Assembly: GCF_018350175.1 (NCBI RefSeq)
Contig: NC_058368.1
Location: 236,842,001-236,906,000, forward strand
DNA from: Felis catus
Taxonomy: Eukaryota
Length of the DNA: 64,000 nt
Direction of reading: 5' to 3'
The position numbers and the translations under genes were made by a program. Below, one piece after another: positions 25,178 to 36,950 of the stretch (position 1 is its first letter; every line of letters starts with the position of its first letter). The notes below the pieces were generated by a model. The model saw only the letters and a program-made list of their open reading frames with translations, did not search any database and was not told the DNA's origin.

Positions 25178-25283
25178 TGAGAGTAACCCGTTTGCCCCGG
25201 ATTTCCTGGGTTTTCACACTGGAAGTCTTGAGTCCGGAGAGCTCCCTCCATCCTGGGAAAATCCGGATGGTTCTGTCATCCTG
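25178..25283. mobile_element. MER94-like hAT-Blackjack MITE
   Basis: Inverted arms ccgtttgccccggatttcctggg ... cctgggaaaatccggatggtt around ttttcacactggaagtc. Confidence 0.65.
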
Positions 25284-25799
25284 GAATCCTGGCAAGTGCG
25301 GACAAAGTTCTTAAAATTTTCCCGAAGAAGTTTTTTTTTTTTTTTTTTTTTGGTTTGATTGGTTGTTTGCAAACTAATGTTTATGGGATAATTAGCCCCT
25401 TACTTCCCATAAACTAACGCCACTTACACAGAGCTCTGGCTCGGGGCCTGGGGGCGGGTGCCCTGCCCCAAGTCAAGGAGGTGTTGGGTCTCAGTGTAAG
25501 CACCTGTCAGGGGGAGGTGCGGTGGGTGGGGGGAGGGGAGAGGGATTTTTGCAGGACCAGCCCCTGCAAAGGGCGTAGGTCTCCTTCCTGGCTGTTCGCC
25601 TGGCATGGGGGGGGGGGAGGGTCTGCGACACTGACTCTCTAATGGCAAGCCTAAACTCTAGATTCAGCAGCAGCCCACGGGAGGATGGTGAGCAGGTACG
25701 GAGCATGCAGTGTGGCCCGCAGTGAAACTCGTTAATCTCAGCCCCAGGTATCTGAGTCACGCAGCCGGGAGTAGAGCAGGCCGGAGAGAAGCCTCCTCG

Positions 25800-26600
25800 G
25801 TGTATTTACAAAGAGCCTGAGAACATTCTGGCTTCAGGGAAATGCTGTTCAGACTCTTCCCAGTTCACTAAAGAGTGGGAGAGCATTAAATAATTCCATC
25901 TGAAATCTGAAGTGCCCGATGAGTAGGATAAAGGTTTGGCTTTATTTTTTCGGTGTTGAGAGATGCCTTTGATTTCTAGTGCTTGGTAATCTTTTCGTTT
26001 TCCCGAGCACAGGTATTCTGTTATAAATTAACAAGGGAAGGTAAACCAAAGGTTTTAATTGCGTATAATTACTTGGTATGCCGAAGTATTTTACAATTGA
26101 GATAATTTGCCCTAAAGTGTTGGTATTTAGTGAATAGAATTTATGGTAATTCCCTGATTTTCCCCCACTGCCTAGTAATCTTTATAACAAGGAAGGAAAA
26201 GCACAATAACAATCCCGAACTGAAACAAAGCTGTACATGAAAGCGCTTAAAATGTATCTGTTTGTCTTTGTTTCAGTAGGAATCCAAAACAAAGTTAATC
26301 TGATCAACAAGGATCAATAGAAAAGTGAGGGAAGATTCGCGTTTCTTTGAAGCTGGAAGAGGCAAGGAAATAATCCTCGCAAACAATGGAGGCCTTTAAT
26401 TCACAGGCTGCAGCACTGAGAGCCATTGTGCGGTGGGATTTGCTGGGTTTCAGGTTTTAATTTGAACTGTACAAGCAGGTGCAGAGCCGGGCAGAGCCCC
26501 GGCTGTTACACTGTTACCGCTACCCGCCAGGAAAGTTCGCTATTAATCCAGCTCTCCGCGTTTGATAGGAGAGATTCCTTTTTTTCTGTTTTGTTCTAAA
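25800..26600. promoter_or_regulatory. Long AT-rich unique block with clustered SOX, TCF and homeodomain sites (candidate enhancer)
   Basis: ACAAT x2 (26202-26213), AACAAAG x2, CTTTGTT, AACAATGG (26382), CCATTGTG (26423), CTTTGAA (26345), TAATCC (26371) and several TAATT; repeat-free. Confidence 0.55.
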
Positions 26601-27472
26601 CAGCTGCTGCGAACACGGTTCCTATCTGCGCCGCCCTCCTTTTTGCTAGGTTCCCTCCTCAGGTGCCTGTCTCACCTTAGAGGCTCTGGGGCAGAAAAAT
26701 GCCGCTTTCTTTCTCCCCAGCCACCGCCCAAGCCACGTGACCCTTAGGCGCGGGCCCCCTGCCCGTCACATCCCGTCCGTCCGTAGTTTCCCTCCCAGAC
26801 TCAGACACACGGTACCTTCTATTTTTGACCTTGGACGGACGGATAACCCGTAGAGACCTGAGAGCCTGTGGCTTGATCAGGGTATCGCCGTGAGGCGTGG
26901 GTACTCTGCGGCCAGCGGTAGAAGTTGAAGAGTGGGGTACGTGCCCACACGCAGGTCCTCCCAGGTCCGGAGATGATTTCCCTTCATTCGCAGTTAACGT
27001 GCACAGAAGCCCACGGGCAGCGGCACCGCGGGGTTCCGGGCACGGAGGAGCAGGCGGGAGACTGCTCTGGGTCCAGAGCGCAGGACGCAGCAAGGACCAC
27101 GCAAGGTGCAGGGGGGAGGTTGCCGCTGCTGTGTGCAGCCCCCCCACCCCCCACGCCCGGCTCCGTGGCTTCCTCATTCGGGGTCTCGGGAGCTGGCCTC
27201 GCGGGCTGGCCTCGCGGGGCTGTGCGCGCTCAGACGTGCCGTGACCGTGAAGGGCCTTCTGGTGGGAAGCCACGTGCGGAGGCCCAGACACCTGGGAAGT
27301 GGGGGCAGTGTGAGGATGGGCCGGAAGGTTTGGTGCCCAGAGCGGTGACCCCAGTGTTCCGGATGGGGCAGGATACAGGAGCAAGGCTGAGAGTTTACCC
27401 CAGTCCCGGGGGCTGTAAGGAGTCCTGAGGGCCGACTCAGCCCGGGAGGAAGGTGATGAACTGGGATCTGGT

Positions 27473-27654
27473 GAGAGAGAGAGAGAGAGAGGGAGGGAGG
27501 GAGAGAGAGAGAGAGAGAGAGCTGAGCAGGAGAGGGCTGGGGGAAGCCAGGAGAGAGAGAGAGAGAGAGACAGAGAGAGAGACAGAGAGACAGAGAGAGA
27601 CAGAGAGAGAGACAGAGAGAGCGAGCTGAGCGGGAGAGGGCTGGGAGAAGCCAG

Positions 27655-27691
<37 letters not shown>

Positions 27692-27719
27692 GAGCAGGCG
27701 AGGGCTCGGAGAAGCCAGG
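27473..27719 (+). repeat. Compound VNTR: three copies of [(GA)n/(GACA) tract + 31-bp unit]
   Basis: The unit gctgagcaggagagggctgggggaagccagg and variants occurs at 27521, 27625 and 27689, each preceded by a GA tract. Confidence 0.9.
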
Positions 27720-28664
27720 GAGCACCAGGCTCGGATTCTTCTTTGCCATCACACAGCTTTGTGAACTTGGGCATGTTGCGTCCACCTCTTTCGAATCATG
27801 ACGCTATTTTAGAGACAGAAATTAAAACCCACCCTCCTTCCCAGTTCCGGCCGCGAGGGAGACGCGGCGTGTAAACGGGGTGAACAGATGCGCCTCAGGC
27901 CGTTCACTTAGCTGGTGGGGTCCTTCCTTCCCTTCCTGCGTGTGCTCCTGGGTGGGCACCCTCAGCTCTGGGAGAGGTCAGGAGAAATACAGAGGCGGGG
28001 AAGTCTGCACTAACGGGGGTGGGTAAATGGGACGCTACCCACCTCCAAAGCCTCCTTCTGTTTAATTTTCTTGGGGACACCTAGGAGGGGGCTTTATTTT
28101 CCGAGTGTGAATCTGCCGCCTGGGGCCCTACTTGCTGGGGCCCGGCCCTGCGGGGACAGGCGCAGCTCCTGCCGCCTGTTCACCCGTCCAGGGAGGCGGA
28201 GCTTGAAGCAACCTGTCCCCACCGCATGGGCCCCCTTCATCGTCTCTGCGCCGGGGGGTCAGCGTCCTGCAGCCGAGGGGCCCGACTGTGCTGGCACAGG
28301 AGCTGTCTGGGCGCTTGGAGGCAGTTAAAAGAGAGCGTATCTTGAGCGTCGCTGTAAAGGAGCTCTTTAAATGGCACAAAAACTGTGTCTTCTGGAACTC
28401 CTACTTTCTCCAGAAGCATCGAAAAGCACTTCTCACAGTTTGAGACTTTCCTTCTCACAGCACCTCGTGAGACTTTTTATTACCCTCGGTTTAAAGCGTG
28501 GGGGGGACTCATGGCTGAGAAGCTGAGGAGCCAGGGTCTAGACCCAGATGGAGTGACTCTGGAGTCCTTGAATACACGTCATGTCGATGGGGGGACCGTT
28601 GAGATCGCGTAGGGAGCGGCCGCAAGTGGTCAGGACTCTAGAGATGGCCGGACGCCCGTGTTTC

Positions 28665-28958
28665 TTTCTTTCTTTTTTATTTAGTTTGTTCTCAGAGTTT
28701 TTTTTAATATATGAAATTTATTGTCAGATTGGTTTCCATACAACACTCAGTGCTCATCCCAACAGGTGCCCTCCTCAATGCCCATCTCCCACCCCCCCCT
28801 CCCTCCTACCCCCCATCCACCCTCAGTTTGTTCTCAGTTTTTAGGAGTCTCTTACGCTTTGGCTCTCTCCCACTCTAACCTCTTTTTTTTTTTTTCCTAC
28901 CTTTCCCCCATGGGTTTCTGTTCAGTTTCTCAGGATCCACAGAAGAGTGAAAACATAG
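28665..28958 (-). mobile_element. Short felid L1 3' UTR insertion
   Basis: Reverse complement of the carnivore L1 3' UTR (tttattgtcagattggtttccatacaacac..., ccctcagtttgttctc); perfect 15-bp TSD ggacgcccgtgtttc at 28650-28664 and 28959-28973. Confidence 0.95.
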
Positions 28959-31173
28959 GGACGCCCGTGTTTCAACACGGAAAAGCAGGTCTCCTCACAG
29001 AGGTTTCGATGAGCCACTATTTTACCTCGAAGCTAATGGTTATTGCCAGAACTTTCCCTGAGTCTGCCGTCCGCTCTGGGGCCCCGGCTCTGGGGTGGTT
29101 CCGAACGTCCTCCTCAGACGGGTGAGGCCGAGCGCGTGGCCAGGCAGGCAGGTCCCCGTGTGCTTCGTCTCGGCCGTGCTGGGGGCCCCGGGGGCCGAGT
29201 GTCGCGGCCCACGGCTGAGCGCGGCTCCGGGACGGAAGCCCAGCGTGTAATCCTGCGGGAGGTTTGTTTCGCCCGCCTGGTGTTCAAGTGTGGCGTCTGC
29301 AGCTCGCACTTTCCGAGTGGCAAACCCAGCGTGAGCTGCATTGTCGCATTTGTCAGGTCTCTCCTTGGCTGCACCCAGGTCGCAGTGGGGTTTGCCCGCC
29401 CATCGGGCCCGGTGGGAGTCTCCTTGGGACTCTCGAACCTCCCGTTAGGGACGTCAGCAGCCGGACGTTTCCAGCCTCCCACGTAGAGACTCAAAGCCGG
29501 TGACGCGTTGCTCCTTTCTGAGCCATCAGAACTCACACTTGTCCCAGCTCCCCCGGCCGCCCTTGCTGGTGGAGTGACCCTGGAGTCCTCTTTTTTCCGG
29601 GCTTTGATCCTTGCGAGGATCCCGCCAGACCCTTTCCTCCCAGGCGCCTCCGGGGCGAACGGTCATTGGCTGCACGGAGTCCTCGAGGGCTGTCGCCAGG
29701 GCCCTTCACCGCGGCGCCTCCTCCGGCGTTTGGAGGGCGAGCGGATCCTAAACCACGCTTCCCGTTCCGATCTTTCATCAAAGGGACTCATCTGCCTTTC
29801 TTGACAATGGTCTCTGCCGCTTTCCATTCTCATCTGAGGCTAATGAGACACTGTTTGTACTGTGGTCTCTGAATAGGACCTGCTTTGTGGGACCGGCCTC
29901 TCGGCTCACACAGGCCGGCTTTCTTCCCGGCCCTCTGCAGCCTGCCCTCCTCGGGGCGCCCCAAGCCACCCCCCGGGGTTCCCAGGAAGCCTTCAATTTC
30001 TTAAGTTGTTTTTTTTTTAACCCCCCCCTCCCCACTCAGCTGTTAAACTTATTCTTCCTAATTTTAAATCTGTCCTTTTGAAACTCATTGTTTCTGGATT
30101 AGCCCCAGGGGAATCCCCAAGTGCTTAAAATATCAAACCCGATTGTGCTCTGGCTGGGGATCCTGGTGGGACCCCATCGGACTTCCCGAGTCACTTCCTG
30201 GATCGGAGGGTCTGAACACCCTTTGAATAGTAAGTTATGCATTAGATTCTCCTGCACGTCAGAATAATGGGTTGGTTTCTGAGTGCTCTTGCGAACACAG
30301 GAGTGGATTCTTTCCAGATTGGCTGATGATCAACCAGAAAAGTGCATGAAAAGGGCCGCAGTGTCCCCCCCCCCCTTGCTTTCTCTCCAGATGCCGCATT
30401 CCCCAGCTCAATGGGCTGCAGGCCTTACGGAGAGCCCTGGGACCAGCTACCATCATCCGAGCACAAGCATGCGAGAGGCAGTGGCTGGGGTGTTTGTCCC
30501 TACAGGCAGGCCTGCCTTTCTGTGACGGAGGGGTCGCCCCCCCACAAGGGCTGCATCAGGGCCCGGAGCGCTGAGGTCCCGTCCCAGGCCTGGCTTCCGA
30601 GCCTCCCGTCGGCGGCTGAGAGCACGCGGGGCTGTGGGGCCCGTGTCTCACTCCTTCTTCTCAGGTGGCGCATCTCAGTCTGTCTGTCCAGTGCAAATGA
30701 GGAACTTTCACCCTTTCCCCCAAACCACTCACCTTTTGTGGATGAGGCCTGAATCCTTTGGAGAATATAGGACTGAAGACAGTTGAGACGACAAATAAGT
30801 CTTAATCCCCGCCTCTCCTCACCGCGCTATTTGCACCCTGCCCCTTGCTTCCTCTTACTTTAAGAACATCGTGGAAGGCAGCCTGGCACCCTTATCTTCA
30901 GTCCCCAAATACGCGGAGTGCCCATCTCCTTCTGCGTTGCCCCTCTTTTCTCCATGGTGATGTTTCCTGTGGAGAAACCCGGGGACTTCACTCTAGCCAA
31001 CATGGGCCTCACGGTGTGGTCCCAGCAGAAGGACCACACGCTTCAGGGACTCCGAACATTCTGTCTTAACAACGTGCTTAGAATCGTATCATGGTTTTGT
31101 AGGCTCGCTGATTTTTTGCATTTACCAGAAATATGCCTTTTTGACCTTTTTTTAAAAAGACCTTTTAGAAAAC

Positions 31174-31195
31174 ATTTTTTTAAAGTTTATTCATT

Positions 31196-31234
<39 letters not shown>

Positions 31235-31401
31235 ATAAGCAGGGGAGGGGCAGAGACAGAAGGGAGAAACAGAATCCGAGGCAGGCTCCAGGCTCCGAGC
31301 TGTCAGCACAGAGCCCGACCCGGGGCTTGAACCCACAGACCGTGAGATCATGACCTGAGCCGAAGTCGGTCGCTCAACCCACTGAACCCCCCAGCCGTCC
31401 C
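31174..31401 (-). mobile_element. Can-SINE (SINEC_Fc-like)
   Basis: T tail, (GA)n, gcaggctccaggctccgagctgtcagcacagagccc and gagatcatgacctgagccgaagtcgg. Confidence 0.95.
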
Positions 31402-34400
31402 TTAAAGACTCTTTTCTTTACTACGACTTCACCATATCACTCTTCAAGAAGTGGCAGCTTTAGCAAAGGCAGAGGGGGTCATGAGGACACGTGTTGGCCC
31501 CAGTCCACAGGCCCACGTGTTACACACAGTCAGCCATTGGTGTCTGTAAAGAGAACAATCACGTGCTACGCCCACCAAACACGGCCCTCCTGGCTTCATG
31601 GCTCATGTGTGGATCATGTCACATGGGAGCTTTCCTAGAGGAATGTTCTGGGGTTACATACATAACCACCCAAAGTCTCCCCCCCACCCAATAATGGCAT
31701 CGGCTTTTCTGGTCAAATTACAACCACAAGCATCCTGTGGAGACCACGTCTGAGGTGGACAGGGACGGCTGCATCATTTGTAAGACTCCGTGGAAACAGA
31801 ATTCCAGGGATTCTTGCACAAAAATGATTAAGAGTTTCAAGATGGTAAAAGATTAGTGTAAACCGTGCACAAAGCCCTCTTAGGGTAGGGTCGTGTGCAA
31901 ATTCAGGGGTGAATGTCCACAGTGCTGGTCACCATCCAGGAGAAAGCCCAGGGATCCCTCCCAACTAGCGTCTCGGGCCCCTTCCACAGTCGCGATGCTA
32001 ATGAGGGCCACTTTCCTGTAATACAGGCGACATCTTGACACGTCGGCCGGCCTGCCTTTCCTCTATCCCCCAGCCCAATTCTGAAGCCTGGTCTTCCTGC
32101 CCTCACTCCCATAACCACAAGTAGACTAAATGCCAAATTAAGACATATGTTTCCGAGATCTTCAACACCCTGAGGAACACCCTGGGTGCATTCTGACGAC
32201 TTCTTCCATTTTAATCTCCGTGCCCAAGGAGACGGGCTGGCCGAACGTGTAGACAGAGAGGAACGTGGTACGACTCCATGCCAGGGGCCGCTGGACAAAC
32301 CGATGATCCCCACAAGCACTTTGCTGGCTATATAGACCCTTCTCTTTCTCGTCCGTGGAGGCTTATGGACCCTTGTGGCAGACACTGGCGTTTTGATGAG
32401 TTTCCACTCAAGGAGGGGAGCGAATCCCGGTTCAATGTGCACAAGGCGGCCGTCAGTGTGCTGGCCGCTTTCCCAGGGGTGTCCGGACCCTCCTGGCACC
32501 CAAGGGGCCGGCCTGGCCGAGCGGGGAGCGCGTGGCCCCCGGAGCCTGTACCTGGCTCTGCTCCGTGGTACCTGTGACTGTGGAAAGGCCCTTATCCGTG
32601 CCCTGCTTCAGCTGCGTCACCTGTGACCCGGGCTTCACCCTGAGTCCTGCCTTGTTGGGTCGGTATGAGGAAGAGGTATGTCGATGAGGCTGGCCCCGCG
32701 GCGGGGCTGGAAGCCGTTGCTGCCGTGGGTCTTCTACCCAGTGGGTGCCCAGGGGGCCAGGGGCCGGCTGGGGTTGGGGGGGCTGCGGATCTGTAAACGC
32801 TGGCTGGCGTAAATGGAAAGGGAAGATGTTCCTTAGGAGGGACTAAACTTGGACCCATCCAGATCAGACGTGTAAGCAGCGGATTGCTTTGGAAATGTGA
32901 ATGGCAGGAGGAAATGCGAATTAAACAGGGCAGTTAAGATGGAAACTCCAGAAGAATGTTGGGCCGCAGGGTGTGAGCCGCTGGCTGCATTTTTAGTGGG
33001 CGTCACCCCCTGCCTGTGTCTTAGGGAGGCTAAGCCTGGGACTCGTCACCCTATTCGCAGGTTTCGCCCCAAACCTCACAGGTCCCCACCCCTCACCCAC
33101 CATGGAGTGGGAGGATAAATACGATAGAGTCCCTCATAGGGCGTTTTTCTAACACCTTCTCGCGTGCTGGGTCCTTTGCTCGGTTTTGCCAAATGTAATT
33201 TCCCTCTGGTAACCAGATAAATACAAACACATGAACGTCAGAGGCGGATTTTGTATAATTCACCGCACTTGATTTTGCCGACGCACGGTCAATACGTCGC
33301 CCTCGGTAGTGCTTTGCAGAACTTCTGTGAACGCCTCCAAGCTGTTCCTTTGTTTCCATACGCTTCACATGCCCTTTCAGCTGGTCGCACCAACCCCCGG
33401 TCTTTGGGCTTGCTCTCTGATATTTAAGTAAATGAGAAGGCGATGTAGGAATCCAGGGTTCCCACTCACTCCACCGAGGAGAGGAGAGTCGGGGGTTGCT
33501 CTGGGGCTGGGGTTTTTGGGGCTCCTCTGGCCGGGACGTCGTGTGGATTGTCAGGGATCGCAGAGGACGGCTGACTCCACACTTGCTGAATTCCTCAAGA
33601 CAGACTCGGGGGATGTGTGTCTCCCCCGGCAGGGCCCGGATCCCTGGCTGGGTTTGCAGGGACACAGTATCAAGCAGCCAGGCAGCAGACGAGAGATAAT
33701 AATGACAAGGCAAAATAAAAAATGGTATTTATCATGGCTCCAGTGTCACCAACCTGTTATTTTTATTGTTTTCAGAATAATGGGATTTATTAGGGCCATT
33801 TATTCTCAAGTCACACGGAAAATGCTGTGTTTGAATGATGAGGCGCAGGCTTGAATATCCAAAAAGGACAAAAACCTGAAAATAAGTTGCAGAACTCCTT
33901 TCAAGCAAACCTGTCTTTCAAAACTTGAAAATGCGGCCCTTTTAAGAGAGCCCAGACTACGCCTGTGATGTAGCAGCCCAGCAGAAGTAGAGAACGAAAC
34001 AGCTCAATTTGGGAAAATGTGAAAATTACATGACATCGGTGAAATCCAGACACAAAATAAAACGAAAACAGCTGTGGACACAGAACCTCGCATAGACAGT
34101 GGAAGGCCATTTATCTTGGAAAGTCAGGGGAGGAATTACCTGCCATGCCGACTGCGTGCCTTTGAGAAGGGGACAGACCCACGCACCAGTCACCGGGCGC
34201 TGAATCGTTGGTCCCTTGCAGTGACCTGGATCACGGACGCGTGAGGCGGTGCTGGTCCCGGAGGCGGAAATCGAACGTGAGCCTCTGGGGAGCTTTACGG
34301 AAAATCTTCGCCCGAGTGGGAGGCACGGGGGTCCCCATGGCACGTGATTCAAGTGTCTCGTCTGGACCGGTGGCTGTAGTAGCTGTGTGACGTGATGAAG

Positions 34401-36128
34401 TCTGACCGCCGGCAGCTCAAGGGACTCACCGTCTCCGAAATGTTCATCGGCACAAGCCCGTCTGCCTCCCAAACATGCCGGGAGGGGGGCAGAAATGCCA
34501 GAGCCTTCACCTGCGCGGTGTCTTCGGGAGCCAAGGGTTCCTCTTCTGGGCAGGCCCTTTCCCATCCCGCCCCGTCTGGGGCGCTCTAGAGGACACGTTC
34601 ACAAAGATTCCTGGGGGTGAAGGAAGCCAGGATCACGGCGAGGTGGTCCCGGGGGATCTCTGCAAAACCGTGCACACGTAGATGCCGCTGTCTTGAGTTA
34701 CGGCTATTTGGAAACGTCAGAGTCCTCCTGCAGATAAACCTCAAGCTGAAAATTATCTCCATGGCTGGGATGGAAATGATTTAGTGGAGCCTCTTTGGAT
34801 GAACCCGCGGGCGGGCCTGTGTCTCCTCCCGGGAGAGCCAGCCGCCTGTCAGGTTGCCCGGAGCGGCCACTCTCTGTAGCCCAAGGCGCCTTGGCTGGGG
34901 GATACCCTCCAGTCCCAATTAGAAGAAAAACACTGCCTGAGAGCAAACGCAAGATAAATATGACTGGTCTTACTTTAATTAAGTTTGATCGGAAGTCGTT
35001 CTGCAGCCAGGGAAGCCGGAGCCAATCTCACAGGGCGGCTTGCAAACCAAAGGCAAGTGTTGTAAGTGCTGCTGGAGGCCACGGGCCCCGGAACCTGGCC
35101 TGGGGTGAACCAGATTAGCCCTCCGGGCACTTCCCACAGAAAGCAGCTCCTCTGTGGTTCCCGAGTGCCCAGACTCCACACTCGGCTTCTTTTCGGGTTC
35201 CTGGTGGCTCAGCCTCTCTGCCTTACTTGGAACCTGGTCCTGGAAAGGATTCCAGTTCTCCGGGGGAGCCATCCCGGGTGCGGCGCGGAGAGGTGGGGGC
35301 TCCTGTGTCACCCGGGCCTCCCGTCCGTCTGTCACCGATCAGCCTAGATGCCGGTTCCAGAGGGTGCCGGCATGTGGTCTGCGGGCCAGGGGAGGGGTGA
35401 CGGTGGTGGCTTTGAAGGTGGCACGTTGACAGAGTCTAGTCTTATGGAGGCCGACGGCTCCGGAGCGATGATCTGTTTCTCTAAACTAGTAAATAACAAA
35501 AGGTGTGTGTACGTGTGTGTGTGTGTATATATACATATATTTTTTAATTAATTAATTTTTTCCCTGCTGGAGATTAGAGGGGGCGGTCATAGGTTTGTTT
35601 TTCTTTTCATGTCCCCATGACAGTCAAAGGTTTTCCATAGAAACTTATGGGGTTAGGCACAAACCATTTTGCATTCACTCCCGGGAGGCGCCACGATGTC
35701 CTTGCCTGGTGGAGGCGAAGATGCCCGGGCCATGAGACAGAGGGACTGTCTGGTGTGGCTGGGGCCAGCCGGGGTCTGCTCTGAGGCAGTCCTCTCAGCA
35801 GCAGGCGCCTGCTGTCCGGCCCAGTCCTTGGGACGCGGGTCCTCTCAGCACCACAGACAAAGAGACGTGAGCTGGGGCAGGGCTTGTGGGGCGAGGGGGG
35901 GGGGGGGGGGCTGGACACAGGGATGTCACAGGCATGTCCTGGGAACCTAGACACTGCCCGAAGGACAGCATCCTGTGGGGTGGCCCCGGGCCCCGTGAGC
36001 ATCCTCCTCTGTTTCTGCCCTCTACTTCTGCCACAGAGCCGGCCCTCCAGGCTGCCTTCCAGAACCGCCCCTGAGTCAGGGGATCTGATCCAGTTACAGG
36101 CCCGAGGCTCAGAGGCACGCGGGCTTTT

Positions 36129-36217
36129 CGATGTGGCGGCCCGATCTCACAGCGCTGGGATCGTGACCTGAGCAGAAATCAAGAGTCGGACGTCCGACCA
36201 ACTGAGCCACCCAGGTG
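36129..36217 (-). mobile_element. Can-SINE head fragment (tRNA-related part only)
   Basis: gggatcgtgacctgagcagaaatcaagagtcggacgtccgaccaactgagccacccaggtg; no CT tract or tail. Confidence 0.8.
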
Positions 36218-36498
36218 GCGTGGCGGCGCCCCCGGGGTCCCGCCCGCGTGCGCAGCGGGCGGGCATGATGGGCTCTGTGGTCTCTGACTGTGTTTCTGCA
36301 TCAAGTCATACGTTTTCCGTAGTTATTTGGTTTATAGTAGCACAGATGCACAAATGATGAGGCACGTTGATCACACACATGCACACACACACGTACACAC
36401 TCAGGTACACACACAGAGATACATGTGTAGTATGTAGTAGGTGTTTAGAGGTAGAAAGTAAAGAATGTCTTTCCTAACTCACTAAGGCTTTTAAAAAA

Positions 36499-36689
36499 AT
36501 TTTAATGTTTATTTACTTAAGACAGAGAAAGAGGGGGAGGGCAGAGAGAGAGAGGGAGACACAGAATCCGAAGCAGGCTCCGGGCTCCGAGCTGTCAGCA
36601 CAGAGCCCGACGTGGGGTTCGAACCCGTGAACCGTGAGATCATGACCTGAGCAGGAGCCACTTAACCGACTGAGGTACCCAAGTGCCCC
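36499..36689 (-). mobile_element. Can-SINE (SINEC_Fc-like)
   Basis: Typical reverse-complement body ending cttaaccgactgaggtacccaagtgcccc. Confidence 0.93.
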
Positions 36690-36799
36690 AAGGTGTGTGT
36701 GTGTGTGTTTTTAAGATTTTTAAATTCAAAAATAGATGCACAATTTTATCATTGTTTCCATGTGGTTTTCTCCTTCACTCCGAGATCATGTGCTTTTTG

Positions 36800-36915
36800 A
36801 GATGGACAATAAACTCTACCTGGTCACAATGTATCATTCTTAAAACACTTCTGGGGTCGGTTGCTAATATTCTACTTAGAGTGTATGTATCACATTCATA
36901 GGAGAGAGTGATCTG
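36800..36915 (-). mobile_element. Ancient L1M ORF2 fragment
   Basis: ggtcacaatgtatcattct...ggttgctaatattctacttagag...cattcataggagagagtgatctg resembles the reverse complement of old L1 ORF2. Confidence 0.55.
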
Positions 36916-36919
36916 ACGG

Positions 36920-36950
<31 letters not shown>

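Noticed and set aside
26677..27785. Longest ORFs (365 aa and 203 aa, minus strand)
   Set aside because: They are open because of the (TC)n VNTR (LSLSLS runs) and GC-rich sequence; no recognisable domain.
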